The notes: a model not told the origin generated them from the letters alone. Positions 9,829 through 18,857 are shown, counted from the stretch's first letter. The stretch is DNA of 64,000 nt from Rickettsiales bacterium (GCA_031266915.1 JAISAB010000001.1:37994-101993), one strand, 5' to 3'. Translations and numbers: made by a program.

Positions 9829-11034
9829 ATGAAGAAAGATAACAAAGCACAGAGAAACAGATTTGGCTTTTTAAAGAAAACATGGTCTTGGATTAAACAC
9901 CGCAGGCGGTTGGCGATTATTGTCGCCGTATGCGCTGTGGGCGGCGCGCTGTGGCTTTTTGCCGGCGCTCAAAAATCCGTCCCGTCCCAATTTGCGTCGA
10001 CCGCGGTAACCAAGGGCGATTTGCGCCAGGTTGTCACCGCGACCGGCGAAATCAGGCCGATTAACACCATCAAGGTCGGTTCTCAGGTCAGCGGCACCAT
10101 CGAAAAAATCTATGTCGATTATAATTCCAAGGTCAAAAAAGGCGACGTTTTGCTGGAAATCGATCCTTCGGTCTTGCAGGCCTCGGTGGACGAAGCCAAA
10201 GCGTCCTTGGTCAGCGCCGAATCCCAGCGCAATTACGCGAAAAACGAATATACGCGTAACAAAACCCTGTACGGCGACGGATTTATCGCGCGCGCGGAAA
10301 TGGAGCAATCGCAGACAAACTACGAACAAGCCGACCAATCCGTCAAACGTATGAAATCCCAATACGACCGCGCGGTCACGAATCTGGGCTATGCGACGAT
10401 TACATCTCCGGTCGACGGCACCGTCATATCGCGCAAAGTGGACAAGGGCCAGACGGTCGCGGCCAGCTTTCAGACGCCTGACCTGTTCGAAATCGCCGAG
10501 GATTTGTCCCAAATGCAAATCGAAACATCCGTATCCGAGGCCGACATCGGCATGATTAAAGACGGCCAGGCCGTGACATTCACCGTGGACGCGTACCCGA
10601 CCCAGGTCTTCAACGGCCAGGTCCGTCAAATCCGCCTGTCGCCGACGACCACGTCGAACGTCGTTGTTTATACTGTCGTCATCAACCTGGACAATTCCGA
10701 TTTGCGCCTGATGCCGGGAATGACCGCCTTTGTGACGATTGTAATCGCCGAAAAGCATGATGTGTGGAAGGCCCAGAACTCGGCGTTCCTTATGCGCAGT
10801 TTCAGCGGCATTACCGACGCGCCGGACGATGTTACGCCGAAAACGCACCTGGCCGTCGAACGCGGCGGCAAGATAACGCTGGTTCCGTATAAAAAAGGCC
10901 TGATAACCGCGACCGAAACGGAAATTATCGCGGACGACCTGCGCGATGGCGACAGAATCGTCACCGGCAAACTGGGCCAGGCCGGCGCCGCCAACGTCCA
11001 GATGAGAATGGGCGGCGGCGGCGGACGCAGATAG
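9829..11034 (+). CDS. HlyD/MacA-family periplasmic adaptor (membrane fusion protein)
   Basis: Start set at Met 9829 with AAAAGGA RBS just after the tolC stop; N-terminal TM, biotinyl-lipoyl-like GTIEKIYV...GDVLLEID, beta-barrel region. Confidence 0.8.
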   Translation: MKKDNKAQRNRFGFLKKTWSWIKHRRRLAIIVAVCAVGGALWLFAGAQKSVPSQFASTAVTKGDLRQVVTATGEIRPINTIKVGSQVSGTIEKIYVDYNSKVKKGDVLLEIDPSVLQASVDEAKASLVSAESQRNYAKNEYTRNKTLYGDGFIARAEMEQSQTNYEQADQSVKRMKSQYDRAVTNLGYATITSPVDGTVISRKVDKGQTVAASFQTPDLFEIAEDLSQMQIETSVSEADIGMIKDGQAVTFTVDAYPTQVFNGQVRQIRLSPTTTSNVVVYTVVINLDNSDLRLMPGMTAFVTIVIAEKHDVWKAQNSAFLMRSFSGITDAPDDVTPKTHLAVERGGKITLVPYKKGLITATETEIIADDLRDGDRIVTGKLGQAGAANVQMRMGGGGGRR

Positions 11035-11037
11035 AAA

Positions 11038-11610
11038 ATGAAAAACATAAAATCGCTGATATACGAAATCCGCGGCGCTCAGGTCATGCTTGACGGCGAC
11101 TTGGCCCAATTGTACGGAATGGAAGCAAAACGACTAAATGAATCAGTCAAACGCAACATCGGTAAATTCCCACCGGAATTTATGTTTCAAATTACATTGG
11201 GAGAATGGGATGACTTGAAGTCGCAAATTGCGACCTCAAGTTTGAATAACATTTCAATCTTGAAGTCACAAATTGTGACTTCAAGATGGGGAGGCCGTAG
11301 AAAGCCGCCTTTCGTCTTTACCGAACACGGTGTCGTCATGCTGGCGTCCGTTCTGAACAGTCCGGCCGCCATCCAGATGAATATAGCAATAGTCAAATCC
11401 TTTATAAGCATGCGCGACTACGTTTCCCAGCCGATTCACAAAAAATTGGAAGACTTGGAAAAAATTCTTATGCTGCATATCGACGACACAAGTTTGAATT
11501 TTGCCGGCCATTCCGATGCAATCAATGAGATTATTGACAAATTGAACAACATGATGGAACATCCGCGCCCAAAACGGCAAATAGGATTTAAACTGGAAAA
11601 TTCGAAATGA
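11038..11610 (+). CDS. ORF6N-domain protein (phage/plasmid-type DNA-binding domain) inserted in the efflux operon
   Basis: IRGAQVMLDGDLAQLYGMEAKRLNESVKRNIGKFPPEFMFQ...LKSQIVTSRWGGRRKPPFVFTEHGVVMLASVL matches the ORF6N consensus; AT-rich; stop and start overlap the neighbours. Confidence 0.6.
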   Translation: MKNIKSLIYEIRGAQVMLDGDLAQLYGMEAKRLNESVKRNIGKFPPEFMFQITLGEWDDLKSQIATSSLNNISILKSQIVTSRWGGRRKPPFVFTEHGVVMLASVLNSPAAIQMNIAIVKSFISMRDYVSQPIHKKLEDLEKILMLHIDDTSLNFAGHSDAINEIIDKLNNMMEHPRPKRQIGFKLENSK

Positions 11611-12326
11611 AAGAGCCGAAAAATATTATCTCAATGGATAAAATCTGCAAAAGCTTTCCCATCGAAATGGGCGGCCAGCAGCAGGTCTTGTTCGACATAA
11701 CCTTCGATGTCCAGGCCGGCGAGTTCGTCGCCATCATGGGCCCGTCGGGCAGCGGAAAATCCACCTGTATGAATATCATCGGGGCGCTGGACACGCCGAC
11801 TTCCGGCGTATACAGGCTGTACGGCGACGACGTCACCCACATGTCGTCCGACGGGCTGGCGTTGATGCGAAACGAGCATATCGGGTTCGTCTTTCAGAAT
11901 TTCAACCTGCTGTCGAAACGCAACGTGCTGGACAACGTCATGCTGCCGCTGATGTATCGCGGCCTGTCGACGGACGAGCGCGTCGAACGCGCGCGCGCCA
12001 TGCTGCGGCGCGTGGGCTTGGAAAACTTCGAGACCTATCTGCCGCCGCAGCTGTCGGGCGGCATGCGCCAGCGCGTGGCCATCGCGCGCGCCTTGGCCGG
12101 CGACCCAAAGCTGATTTTGGCGGACGAGCCGACCGGCGCCCTGGACAGCAAGATGGGCAACGAAATCCTGCAATTCTTCAAGAAATTGAATAAAGAGATG
12201 GGCATTACCATCGTCATGATTACCCATGAATTCGACATCGCGAAATACGCCGGGCGCCTGATTCACATCCGCGACGGCCGCATAAACTATGACGGCGCCA
12301 TACCAAAGGACGATAGGAACCTGTAG
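11607..12326 (+). CDS. MacB/LolD-type ABC transporter ATP-binding protein
   Basis: Walker A GPSGSGKST, signature LSGGMRQRVAIARAL, Walker B LILADEPTGALD. Confidence 0.85.
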   Translation: MKEPKNIISMDKICKSFPIEMGGQQQVLFDITFDVQAGEFVAIMGPSGSGKSTCMNIIGALDTPTSGVYRLYGDDVTHMSSDGLALMRNEHIGFVFQNFNLLSKRNVLDNVMLPLMYRGLSTDERVERARAMLRRVGLENFETYLPPQLSGGMRQRVAIARALAGDPKLILADEPTGALDSKMGNEILQFFKKLNKEMGITIVMITHEFDIAKYAGRLIHIRDGRINYDGAIPKDDRNL

Positions 12327-12758
12327 GAGATAGTAGATACTAGATACGAGATAGGAGATATGCAACAATGTCCAAAGACAGCATTGCGCTTGAAAAAAGC
12401 AAAAAGTTTTCAGTCCGGATAATAAGATTCAGCAAATATTTGGGCGACAAACGGCGTGAATATGTTATGTCTAAACAGATATTGAGGTCCGGCACAGGAA
12501 TAAGCGCAAATCTATCTGAAGCAATTTATGCCGTTAGCAGAAGCGATTTTTTATCTAAACTGTATATCGCGCTAAAGGAATGTTCGGAAACGTTGCATTG
12601 GTTGGAATTGCTAAACGAATCAGGATACATAACCGATTTGCAATATACGAGTATGCATTCTGATTGTGAAGAAATACGCAAAATGTTGTCATCCGCAACA
12701 AAAACCGTACGGGAAGTGTGATTGGTATCTTGTATCTCCTATCTACTATCTCGTATCT
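12325..12758 (+). mobile_element. Candidate miniature insertion: four-helix-bundle gene flanked by imperfect inverted repeats (ggagatagtagatactagatacgagataggagata / tatcttgtatctcctatctactatctcgtatct)
   Basis: Inverted gagata/gtagata-unit repeats at 12325-12360 and 12725-12758 bracket an AT-rich gene that splits the ABC ATPase from its permease. Confidence 0.35.
12368..12721 (+). CDS. Four-helix-bundle protein (23S rRNA intervening-sequence protein family)
   Basis: KQILRSGTGISANLSEAIYAVSRSDFLSKLYIALKECSETLHWLELL matches the family core (RSGTSIGANI.EA..A.S..DFI.K..IALKEA.ET.YWL). Confidence 0.65.
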   Translation: MSKDSIALEKSKKFSVRIIRFSKYLGDKRREYVMSKQILRSGTGISANLSEAIYAVSRSDFLSKLYIALKECSETLHWLELLNESGYITDLQYTSMHSDCEEIRKMLSSATKTVREV

Positions 12759-12775
12759 AAAAAACGGAGTTTTTT

Positions 12776-13993
12776 ATGACTTTCAACGACATTTTAAAGG
12801 AATCCTGGCTGTCCATCAGCGGGAACAAGATTCGCAGCTTCCTGACCGTCCTGGGCATCATTATAGGCGTCATGGCGGTGGTGATTATGGTCGCCGTCGG
12901 CGAAACGGTGGAAAAGCAAATCAGCGACCAATTCTCGTCGCTGGGGACCAACACCATCGTGATTCGCGCCGGCGCGGCCCAGACCGGCGGCGTGCGAACC
13001 GGAAACCGCCAGACGCTGACCATTCAAGACGCCGAGGTCATCGCCCGACTGCCCGACGTCGCGGCGACCAGCCCGGTTCAATCCAGCGCGGGACAGATTA
13101 TTTACGGAAACAAGAACTGGTCCTCGTCGATTAACGGTGTTTATCCGGATTACGCCAACGTCCAGAATATTGAAATCGAATTTGGAACCATATTCGACCA
13201 GGCGGCGGTCCGGAACGCATCCACCTATGCCGTCATCGGCCCCAAGACCGCGCGCGAATTGGAAATGCCCGATAATCCCGTGGGCGAGGTTATACGCGTC
13301 CAAAACACGCCCTTTGTCATCATAGGCGTTACCAAAGAGCGCGGCGACAGCGCCATGGGTTCCCAGGACGACATGCTGATTATCCCGATTACAACGCTGA
13401 AAAAGCGCCTGCAGGGCAGCCGTTTCCCCAACGCTGTCAATATGATTGCACTGAAGCTGTATGCCGAATCCGACAATATTCTGACAACGGAACTTATCAC
13501 ATCGCTGCTGCGCGAACGGCACAAGCTGAAAGATTCCGACGAAGACGACTTTCAGATTATGGACATGAAACAGGTTCTGGAAACCATGAACACCATCACG
13601 GGATATATGAAGCTGCTGCTGATTGCGATTGCAGGCGTGTCGCTGCTGGTGGGTTCCATTGGAATTATGAATATGATGTTGGTCTCGGTGGCCGAGCGCA
13701 CGCGCGAAATCGGCATACGCAAGGCCATCGGCGCGCGCGAAAAGCATATCATTATCCAATTTCTGTCCGAATCCATTATGATTTCTTTTCTGGGCTCGAT
13801 GGTGGGCATGCTGCTGGGCATAGGATTGTCCCAGGGCGTGGGGCGTCTGGTTCTGCATTACAGCGTTCCGTTCAGCGCCTGGCCGGTTGTACTGTCGTTC
13901 AGCGTGGCGGTCGTGGTCGGCCTGGCGTCGGGCGTGACGCCCGCGATGAAGGCCGCGAAATTGAACCCCATCGACAGCCTGCGACATGAGTAA
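12776..13993 (+). CDS. MacB-type ABC transporter permease (FtsX-like)
   Basis: 405 aa; N-terminal TM, large periplasmic domain, C-terminal FtsX-like 3-TM with IGIRKAIGA motif. Confidence 0.85.
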   Translation: MTFNDILKESWLSISGNKIRSFLTVLGIIIGVMAVVIMVAVGETVEKQISDQFSSLGTNTIVIRAGAAQTGGVRTGNRQTLTIQDAEVIARLPDVAATSPVQSSAGQIIYGNKNWSSSINGVYPDYANVQNIEIEFGTIFDQAAVRNASTYAVIGPKTARELEMPDNPVGEVIRVQNTPFVIIGVTKERGDSAMGSQDDMLIIPITTLKKRLQGSRFPNAVNMIALKLYAESDNILTTELITSLLRERHKLKDSDEDDFQIMDMKQVLETMNTITGYMKLLLIAIAGVSLLVGSIGIMNMMLVSVAERTREIGIRKAIGAREKHIIIQFLSESIMISFLGSMVGMLLGIGLSQGVGRLVLHYSVPFSAWPVVLSFSVAVVVGLASGVTPAMKAAKLNPIDSLRHE

Positions 13994-14000
13994 AACACTA

Positions 14001-14102
14001 GCGGATAGTCAATAGTCATTGGTCTATAGTCAATAGTTAATAAAGCCGTCGGCTTCGCCGACACATTCACTACCAACTAACGACTATAGACTACTGACTA
14101 TG
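14001..14102. repeat. Family A element with central terminator-like hairpin (gccgtcggcttcgccgac)
   Basis: atagtcaatagtcattggtctatagtcaatagtt ... aactaacgactatagactactgactat. Confidence 0.6.
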
Positions 14103-14353
14103 TAAATAACCTCTGGATTTATCTGGCAATTGCGGTATAATGTTCGTCGACAGGCGCGTTGCCTGTTATGGAATTAACAATCCATCACCAAAAGGGTCTT
14201 GAACAGACCATAAACCTTCACCCAAAAGGGGTGGAGGGCGGCGTTATAAGGCTTGCCGAAGGCGTTGCACTATACTTTTGGATAGTTTGTTAATCTCCAT
14301 CCCACCTTGATTTTTAAAGGTGGTTTTCTTTTTGAAAAAAAAAGGGGGATTCG

Positions 14354-14584
14354 ATGGGACGGCAAATCACAGATGACGAAATTCAATTCAACAAAGCGCT
14401 GGGACTGGTGATACGTGTTGCCAGAATAAAGCTTGGCGTGTCGCAAAAGATACTGGGAGAAGTCGTTGGCGTATCCCTGCAGCAGATTCAAAAGTACGAA
14501 GCCGGGGAAGACGGCGTCTCTGTCGCCCGGTTTAACAAAATGGCGACTTATCTGGAAATCCCGTTTAGAATATTTGAAAAATAG
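14354..14584 (+). CDS. XRE-family helix-turn-helix transcriptional regulator
   Basis: 76 aa; LGVSQKILGEVVGVSLQQIQKYEAG is an HTH_3 signature. Confidence 0.6.
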   Translation: MGRQITDDEIQFNKALGLVIRVARIKLGVSQKILGEVVGVSLQQIQKYEAGEDGVSVARFNKMATYLEIPFRIFEK

Positions 14585-14692
14585 CGATCAGCAAACATCA
14601 AATATGCGTTTATTTAAGATTTATGATTTACGGATTTAAGATTTAGTTCAAGTGACAGGAATATATCTTTTTGGTCCCAAAACCTCAAGACT

Positions 14693-14765
14693 CGTCATTC
14701 CCGCTTGGACCACCCACGAAAAACAGTCGTTTTTCGCGGGGCCTGGTGGCGGGAATCCAATGTAT
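14693..14765. repeat. Family H 68-bp hairpin element
   Basis: cccgcttggaccacccacgaaaaacagtcgtttttcgcggggcctggtggcgggaa; near-identical copy, reverse-complemented, at 28086-28152. Confidence 0.7.
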
Positions 14766-15238
14766 TCAAGCTGTGAACAATGCCCGTATGATGAATACAT
14801 TGGATACCGGCCTTCGCCGGGGCTAAAGGCACCCGAGGTGACAATTTTTATTGTCATCGCTTCGCGATGCTTTACGTACCTGCGCTAGGCGTGACAAAAG
14901 TTTGTTTTAATTTAAGGCACATCCCTGTCGGTTGAGCGATAAACTATACGCTATCTGCCATATGCTATTTTTTCCTATTTTTCCATTGTGCTGAAAATTC
15001 GCACGCGCTATAGTTGTCTTGTCGACGGGTGTTCCGTCGATGGGGTCTGATAACCCTTTATTGTGCGTCGTGAATAATCACCGCGCTTTTGCGCCGTTTT
15101 TATTTCGACGAAAAACAACTCCTGACTCGGTCAGGAGGGCGCGATATATCTGAATAAGCGCGCAATTCACAATATTGTTATCAGCCTCCTGACCGCCTAT
15201 TTTCGGCGGTTTTTACTTAACTGCAACAGGAGGATATT

Positions 15239-15460
15239 ATGGGGAAAATTTTGCTGCTTTTGATAATCGCCGCTTTCGCGTCCATTGGCTCGTCGCCATC
15301 GCATGCGGTACAATCATACCAAAGTATAGCGGCATGCACCAATGCGGGCGGGGTGGTTTATGACGGCTGCATGTGCAAGGTCGCAAAAACCACCACGAAC
15401 TACGGCGTCATAACCACCAGCACGGAATGCGGTACCATAGCCGGTCTGGCCTGCATCTAA
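15239..15460 (+). CDS. Small cysteine-rich secreted protein
   Basis: Signal peptide MGKILLLLIIAAFASIGSSPSHA; six Cys in 50 residues; RBS AGGAGG. Confidence 0.4.
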   Translation: MGKILLLLIIAAFASIGSSPSHAVQSYQSIAACTNAGGVVYDGCMCKVAKTTTNYGVITTSTECGTIAGLACI

Positions 15461-15473
15461 AAAAGGATTAAAA

Positions 15474-15857
15474 ATGTCTAGATTTGTCTCTGTTTTTTCC
15501 GGGCTGTCGTTGCTGTCTGGGGCGGCGGCCAGCGCGCCGCCGCCGACTTCGCTTGGCGACGAATGCGACACGAAATCATATACCTGCGCGAACGGATATT
15601 ACGGCACGCCGACCGATAGTTCTACCGGATGTACGCTATGCCCCGAGCACGCTACATGCGCCGGCACGGGCAACACAACATTCATATGTATTTCAGGATA
15701 TTATAAAATTGGCGCCACGTGTGCGCCCTGCCCCGATGGCGGCACATCAATTGCGGGCGCGCGGGCGATAACCGATTGTTATCTGCCCACTGGAACATCA
15801 TTTGAAGATGCGTACGGAACTTTTGAATTGACCGACAAGTGTTATTATAGCAATTAA
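15474..15857 (+). CDS. Cysteine-rich secreted protein (eukaryote-like CxxCP / GYY repeats)
   Basis: Signal peptide; CTLCPEHATCAGTGNTTFICISGYYKIGATCAPCPDGG; followed by a terminator. Confidence 0.5.
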   Translation: MSRFVSVFSGLSLLSGAAASAPPPTSLGDECDTKSYTCANGYYGTPTDSSTGCTLCPEHATCAGTGNTTFICISGYYKIGATCAPCPDGGTSIAGARAITDCYLPTGTSFEDAYGTFELTDKCYYSN

Positions 15858-15884
15858 AAAACCGGCAAAAAAGCCGGTTTTTTA
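15858..15884 (+). terminator. Rho-independent terminator
   Basis: accggcaaaaaagccggt hairpin followed by tttttt. Confidence 0.6.
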
Positions 15885-15887
15885 ATA

Positions 15888-15982
15888 AATAGTCGTTAGT
15901 CTATAGTCATTAGTGAATAGTGCTTAGTTTATAGTGCATAGTTAATAGTTCACTAATCACTATGCACTATTCACTAGTGATT
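15888..15982. repeat. Family A element
   Basis: atagtcgttagtctatagtcattagtgaatagtgcttagtttatagtgcatag...cactattcactagtgat. Confidence 0.55.
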
Positions 15983-16029
15983 AAAAAAACCATCATCCCC
16001 CAAGTTTTTGTAACGCTGACGCTAACAAA

Positions 16030-16330
16030 AACTTTCCCCCTTTATCAAGGGGGACAAGTGCTAAACCAAGGGGTAAAAGAGCTGAGCCAAATGGGATAAG
16101 TGCCAAACCGAGGGGGGAAAAGAGCTGAACAAATTGGATAAGAGCCGAATCAAGGAAGACAAGTGCCAAGTTTTGTGCCAGTGCGCTGTTCTGGGCTGTT
16201 GCCCCTTTCATTTCACGCTTGTTCCCAGCAACCTGGCGCCAGCCACTCTTGTTTCATACTTGTTCCTAGAACTTGGCGCTGGCCCCTCTTGTTAAAGAGG
16301 GGTGAAAATCTTGGCAACTTGTTGCCATAG
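16030..16330. repeat. Degenerate ~38-nt tandem units (acaagtgctaaaccaagggg...) followed by an inverted counterpart
   Basis: Three tandem units around 16045-16170, then cttgttcc...cttggcgctggcccctcttgtt on the other arm; non-coding. Confidence 0.4.
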
Positions 16331-16344
16331 ATTTTCGGGGAGAT

Positions 16345-16470
16345 TAATAGTTAGTCAACAGTCATTGGTCTATAGTCAGTAGTGTATAGCAAATAGCACA
16401 TACAATTAGGTGGTTATTTCAGATTTATGATTTAAGATATAAGATTTAGGCGACATTAAATCTTAAATTT
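16345..16470. repeat. Family A unit followed by family I gatttatgatttaagat repeats
   Basis: tagtcaacagtcattggtctatagtcagtagtg; agatttatgatttaagatataagatttag...taaatcttaaattt. Confidence 0.5.
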
Positions 16471-16537
16471 TCCATTTGCTATTTGATATTTGCTAATTGA
16501 TATTTAAAAAAAGCCGGCCTTTTTGACGATTTTTGCA

Positions 16538-17413
16538 TTATTTTATCAGTTTGTCCACCAGTTCCTGCATCTGGGTGCGGGTGTCGAATTTCAAGACGAT
16601 TTCCCCTGCTCCGCCGCGCTTTTCGCGCAATTTCGCCGATACCCCCAGCGTCTTTTTGATACTGGATTCGATTTCCTTGACGGTGTCCGCGGCAATCGAT
16701 TTTGACGAAAAAGACCGGCTTTTTGATGATCGAACCGAATCTTTGACCTTTTTTTCCGTGTCCGACACGGACAGTTTTTTCTCGATGATTTCGCGCGCCA
16801 GCCCCTCGGCGTTTTCGGCTACGGCAATTGTGCGGGCATGGGACGCGCTGATTTCGCCCCGCTGGACCATTATTTTGACGGATTTAGGCAAGACATCCAG
16901 GCGCATGATGTTCCGAATATAGCTTTCCGATTTTCCAATCAAACGGGAAACATCGGCCAATTCATAGCCGCACTTTTCCATCAGGTTTTTATAAGCCGAC
17001 GCTTCTTCTATCGGGTTCAGGTTTTCGCGCTGGACGTTTTCAATCAATGCGATTTCCATCGCGTTTTCATCCGTAATGGTCTTGACCAAGGCCGGGATTT
17101 CAGCCAGTCCGGCCAGTTTGCTGGCGCGGAATCGGCGCTCGCCGGCGACGATTTCATACTGATGCGCCCTGCCCTTGACCGCGCGCAGCAAAATCGGCTG
17201 CAGAACGCCTTTTTCCCTGATTGACGCCGCCAGGTCCGCCAATTCGCTTTCCGTAAAAGTCTTGCGCGGCTGGTCCGGATTCGCGCCGATTTGAATCAGC
17301 GGAACCTGGCGGACGGCGACGCGCTCGCCGCCGGTCAGAACGGAAATATCCGGCATATTGCCCATTTCCGCCTTTAAATCCGCCAATCCTTTGCCTAGTC
17401 CGAATTTTGACAT
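16538..17413 (-). CDS. parB: Chromosome partitioning protein ParB
   Basis: IQIGANPDQPRKTFTESELADLAASIREKGVLQPILLR and HTH region typical of ParB. Confidence 0.9.
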   Translation of the reverse strand: MSKFGLGKGLADLKAEMGNMPDISVLTGGERVAVRQVPLIQIGANPDQPRKTFTESELADLAASIREKGVLQPILLRAVKGRAHQYEIVAGERRFRASKLAGLAEIPALVKTITDENAMEIALIENVQRENLNPIEEASAYKNLMEKCGYELADVSRLIGKSESYIRNIMRLDVLPKSVKIMVQRGEISASHARTIAVAENAEGLAREIIEKKLSVSDTEKKVKDSVRSSKSRSFSSKSIAADTVKEIESSIKKTLGVSAKLREKRGGAGEIVLKFDTRTQMQELVDKLIK

Positions 17414-17456
17414 TGTCGCTCCTTTTTTTTTCGTGACACGCGATACGTAATACGAA

Positions 17457-17828
17457 CTATTTTGTTATACTTTTCAATAATCCCGTCAGCATTTGATTTA
17501 TTCTTTCTATATCGCTTGTCAGTGTTTCAAACATGTTTTTATTTATAAAATTCAAATCCGACGCCAGCATAATCTGGCATTTTAATTCTGCGGCTGAACC
17601 TCTTGCAATACCAATAAACTGCTTTAACTCTCCGGTTGTAATCCTCGCGCCGCCCTCTGATAAATTAGAACAAACTGAAACCGCCGCACGGCGCATCTGA
17701 CTTGTTAATCCGAATTTTTCATCCTGCGGGAATTCTTTTGTAATTTCATAAATAACCTTTACAAAATTCCTAGATATTTTAAACACATCAAGTTCTTCTA
17801 TCGATTTCATTTTAGCCCCACGTATCAC
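17457..17828 (-). CDS. Four-helix-bundle protein (23S rRNA IVS protein family), second copy, between parA and parB
   Basis: LDVFKISRNFVKVIYEITKEFPQDEKFGLTSQMRRAAVSVCSNLSEGGAR...FIGIARGSAAELKCQIMLA closely matches the family consensus; AT-rich; start may be Met 17810. Confidence 0.65.
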   Translation of the reverse strand: MIRGAKMKSIEELDVFKISRNFVKVIYEITKEFPQDEKFGLTSQMRRAAVSVCSNLSEGGARITTGELKQFIGIARGSAAELKCQIMLASDLNFINKNMFETLTSDIERINQMLTGLLKSITK

Positions 17829-18586
17829 GCTTTCTCAACTATCTCCGTCGCGACGCGCAGGTACGCCTGGGCGCCGGCGGAGCCGAAATCATAGAATAAC
17901 GCCGGCTTGCCGTGGCTGGGGGCCTCGGAAACGCGGACGTTGCGCGGCACGACCGTTTTAAAGACCTTGTCGCCAAAGGTGTTGCGAACGTCTTCCTCGA
18001 CCGCCTTGGTCAATCCATAGCGTCGATCATACATCGTCAGCAAAACGCCCAGGATTTCCAAATTCGGATTCCAATTTTTGCGGATTTCCGAAATCGTATT
18101 GACCAGATGCTGGACGCCTTCCAGCGCAAAGAACTCGCATTGCAGCGGCACGACAATCGAATCGGCCGTCGTCAGCGCGTTCAGCGTCAGATAGCCCAGC
18201 GCCGGCGGACAGTCCAACAATATGTAATCGTAATGGCCGCGCACCGGTTCCAACGCGTCGCGTAGACGGTATTCGCGGTTGTCCATATCCAGCAGCTCGG
18301 CCTCGGCACCCGACAAGGCCGGACTGGCCGGCAGGATGTGCATGCCCGGAACGGCGGTGGACAGAATATTGTCGGCCGCGCTGGCGGTTCCCATGATAAC
18401 GCCGTACACGCTTTGACGATGGGCGGCGCGGACAAACCCCAGACCTGTTCCGGCGTTGCCCTGCGGGTCCAGGTCTATCAGCAGGACGCGCTTTTTGATG
18501 GCGGCCAGGGACGCCCCGATATTGATGGCCGTCGTAGTCTTGCCGACGCCGCCCTTTTGGTTGGCAAACGCGATAATCTTTGTCAT
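17825..18586 (-). CDS. parA: Chromosome partitioning ATPase ParA
   Basis: KIIAFANQKGGVGKTTTAINIGASLA deviant Walker A; 253 aa. Confidence 0.9.
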   Translation of the reverse strand: MTKIIAFANQKGGVGKTTTAINIGASLAAIKKRVLLIDLDPQGNAGTGLGFVRAAHRQSVYGVIMGTASAADNILSTAVPGMHILPASPALSGAEAELLDMDNREYRLRDALEPVRGHYDYILLDCPPALGYLTLNALTTADSIVVPLQCEFFALEGVQHLVNTISEIRKNWNPNLEILGVLLTMYDRRYGLTKAVEEDVRNTFGDKVFKTVVPRNVRVSEAPSHGKPALFYDFGSAGAQAYLRVATEIVEKA

Positions 18587-18649
18587 TTAATATTCCTGGG
18601 TGCTTTACGGGCATAGAATAGAAAATCAGACCGATTCGGTCAAGCAGAT

Positions 18650-18750
18650 TAGTCAATAGTGGATAGCAAATAGCATATAGAAAATAACAAAATTCTAAAC
18701 AAAATACTACCGACTATAGACTACTGACTAATGACTAATGACTAATACTA
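18650..18750. repeat. Family A element
   Basis: tagtcaatagtggatagcaaatagcatatag...ctaccgactatagactactgactaatgactaatgactaat. Confidence 0.55.
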
Positions 18751-18857
18751 CCGTTTCCGGCTCACAAAAAACAAACATTTATTAATAAACTCTTAGCTAT
18801 TTCATACGAAATTATATTTAGACTTGACAAAAACACCATTCGTAGTACTTTGACCGC

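Noticed and set aside
9871-11109. 412-aa minus-strand ORF
   Set aside because: It is antisense to the macA adaptor gene and the ORF6N gene.
12794-13987. 397-aa minus-strand ORF
   Set aside because: It is antisense to the macB permease gene.
16030-16330. Possible CRISPR array
   Set aside because: The units are degenerate, not a constant repeat with unique spacers. No cas genes are nearby.
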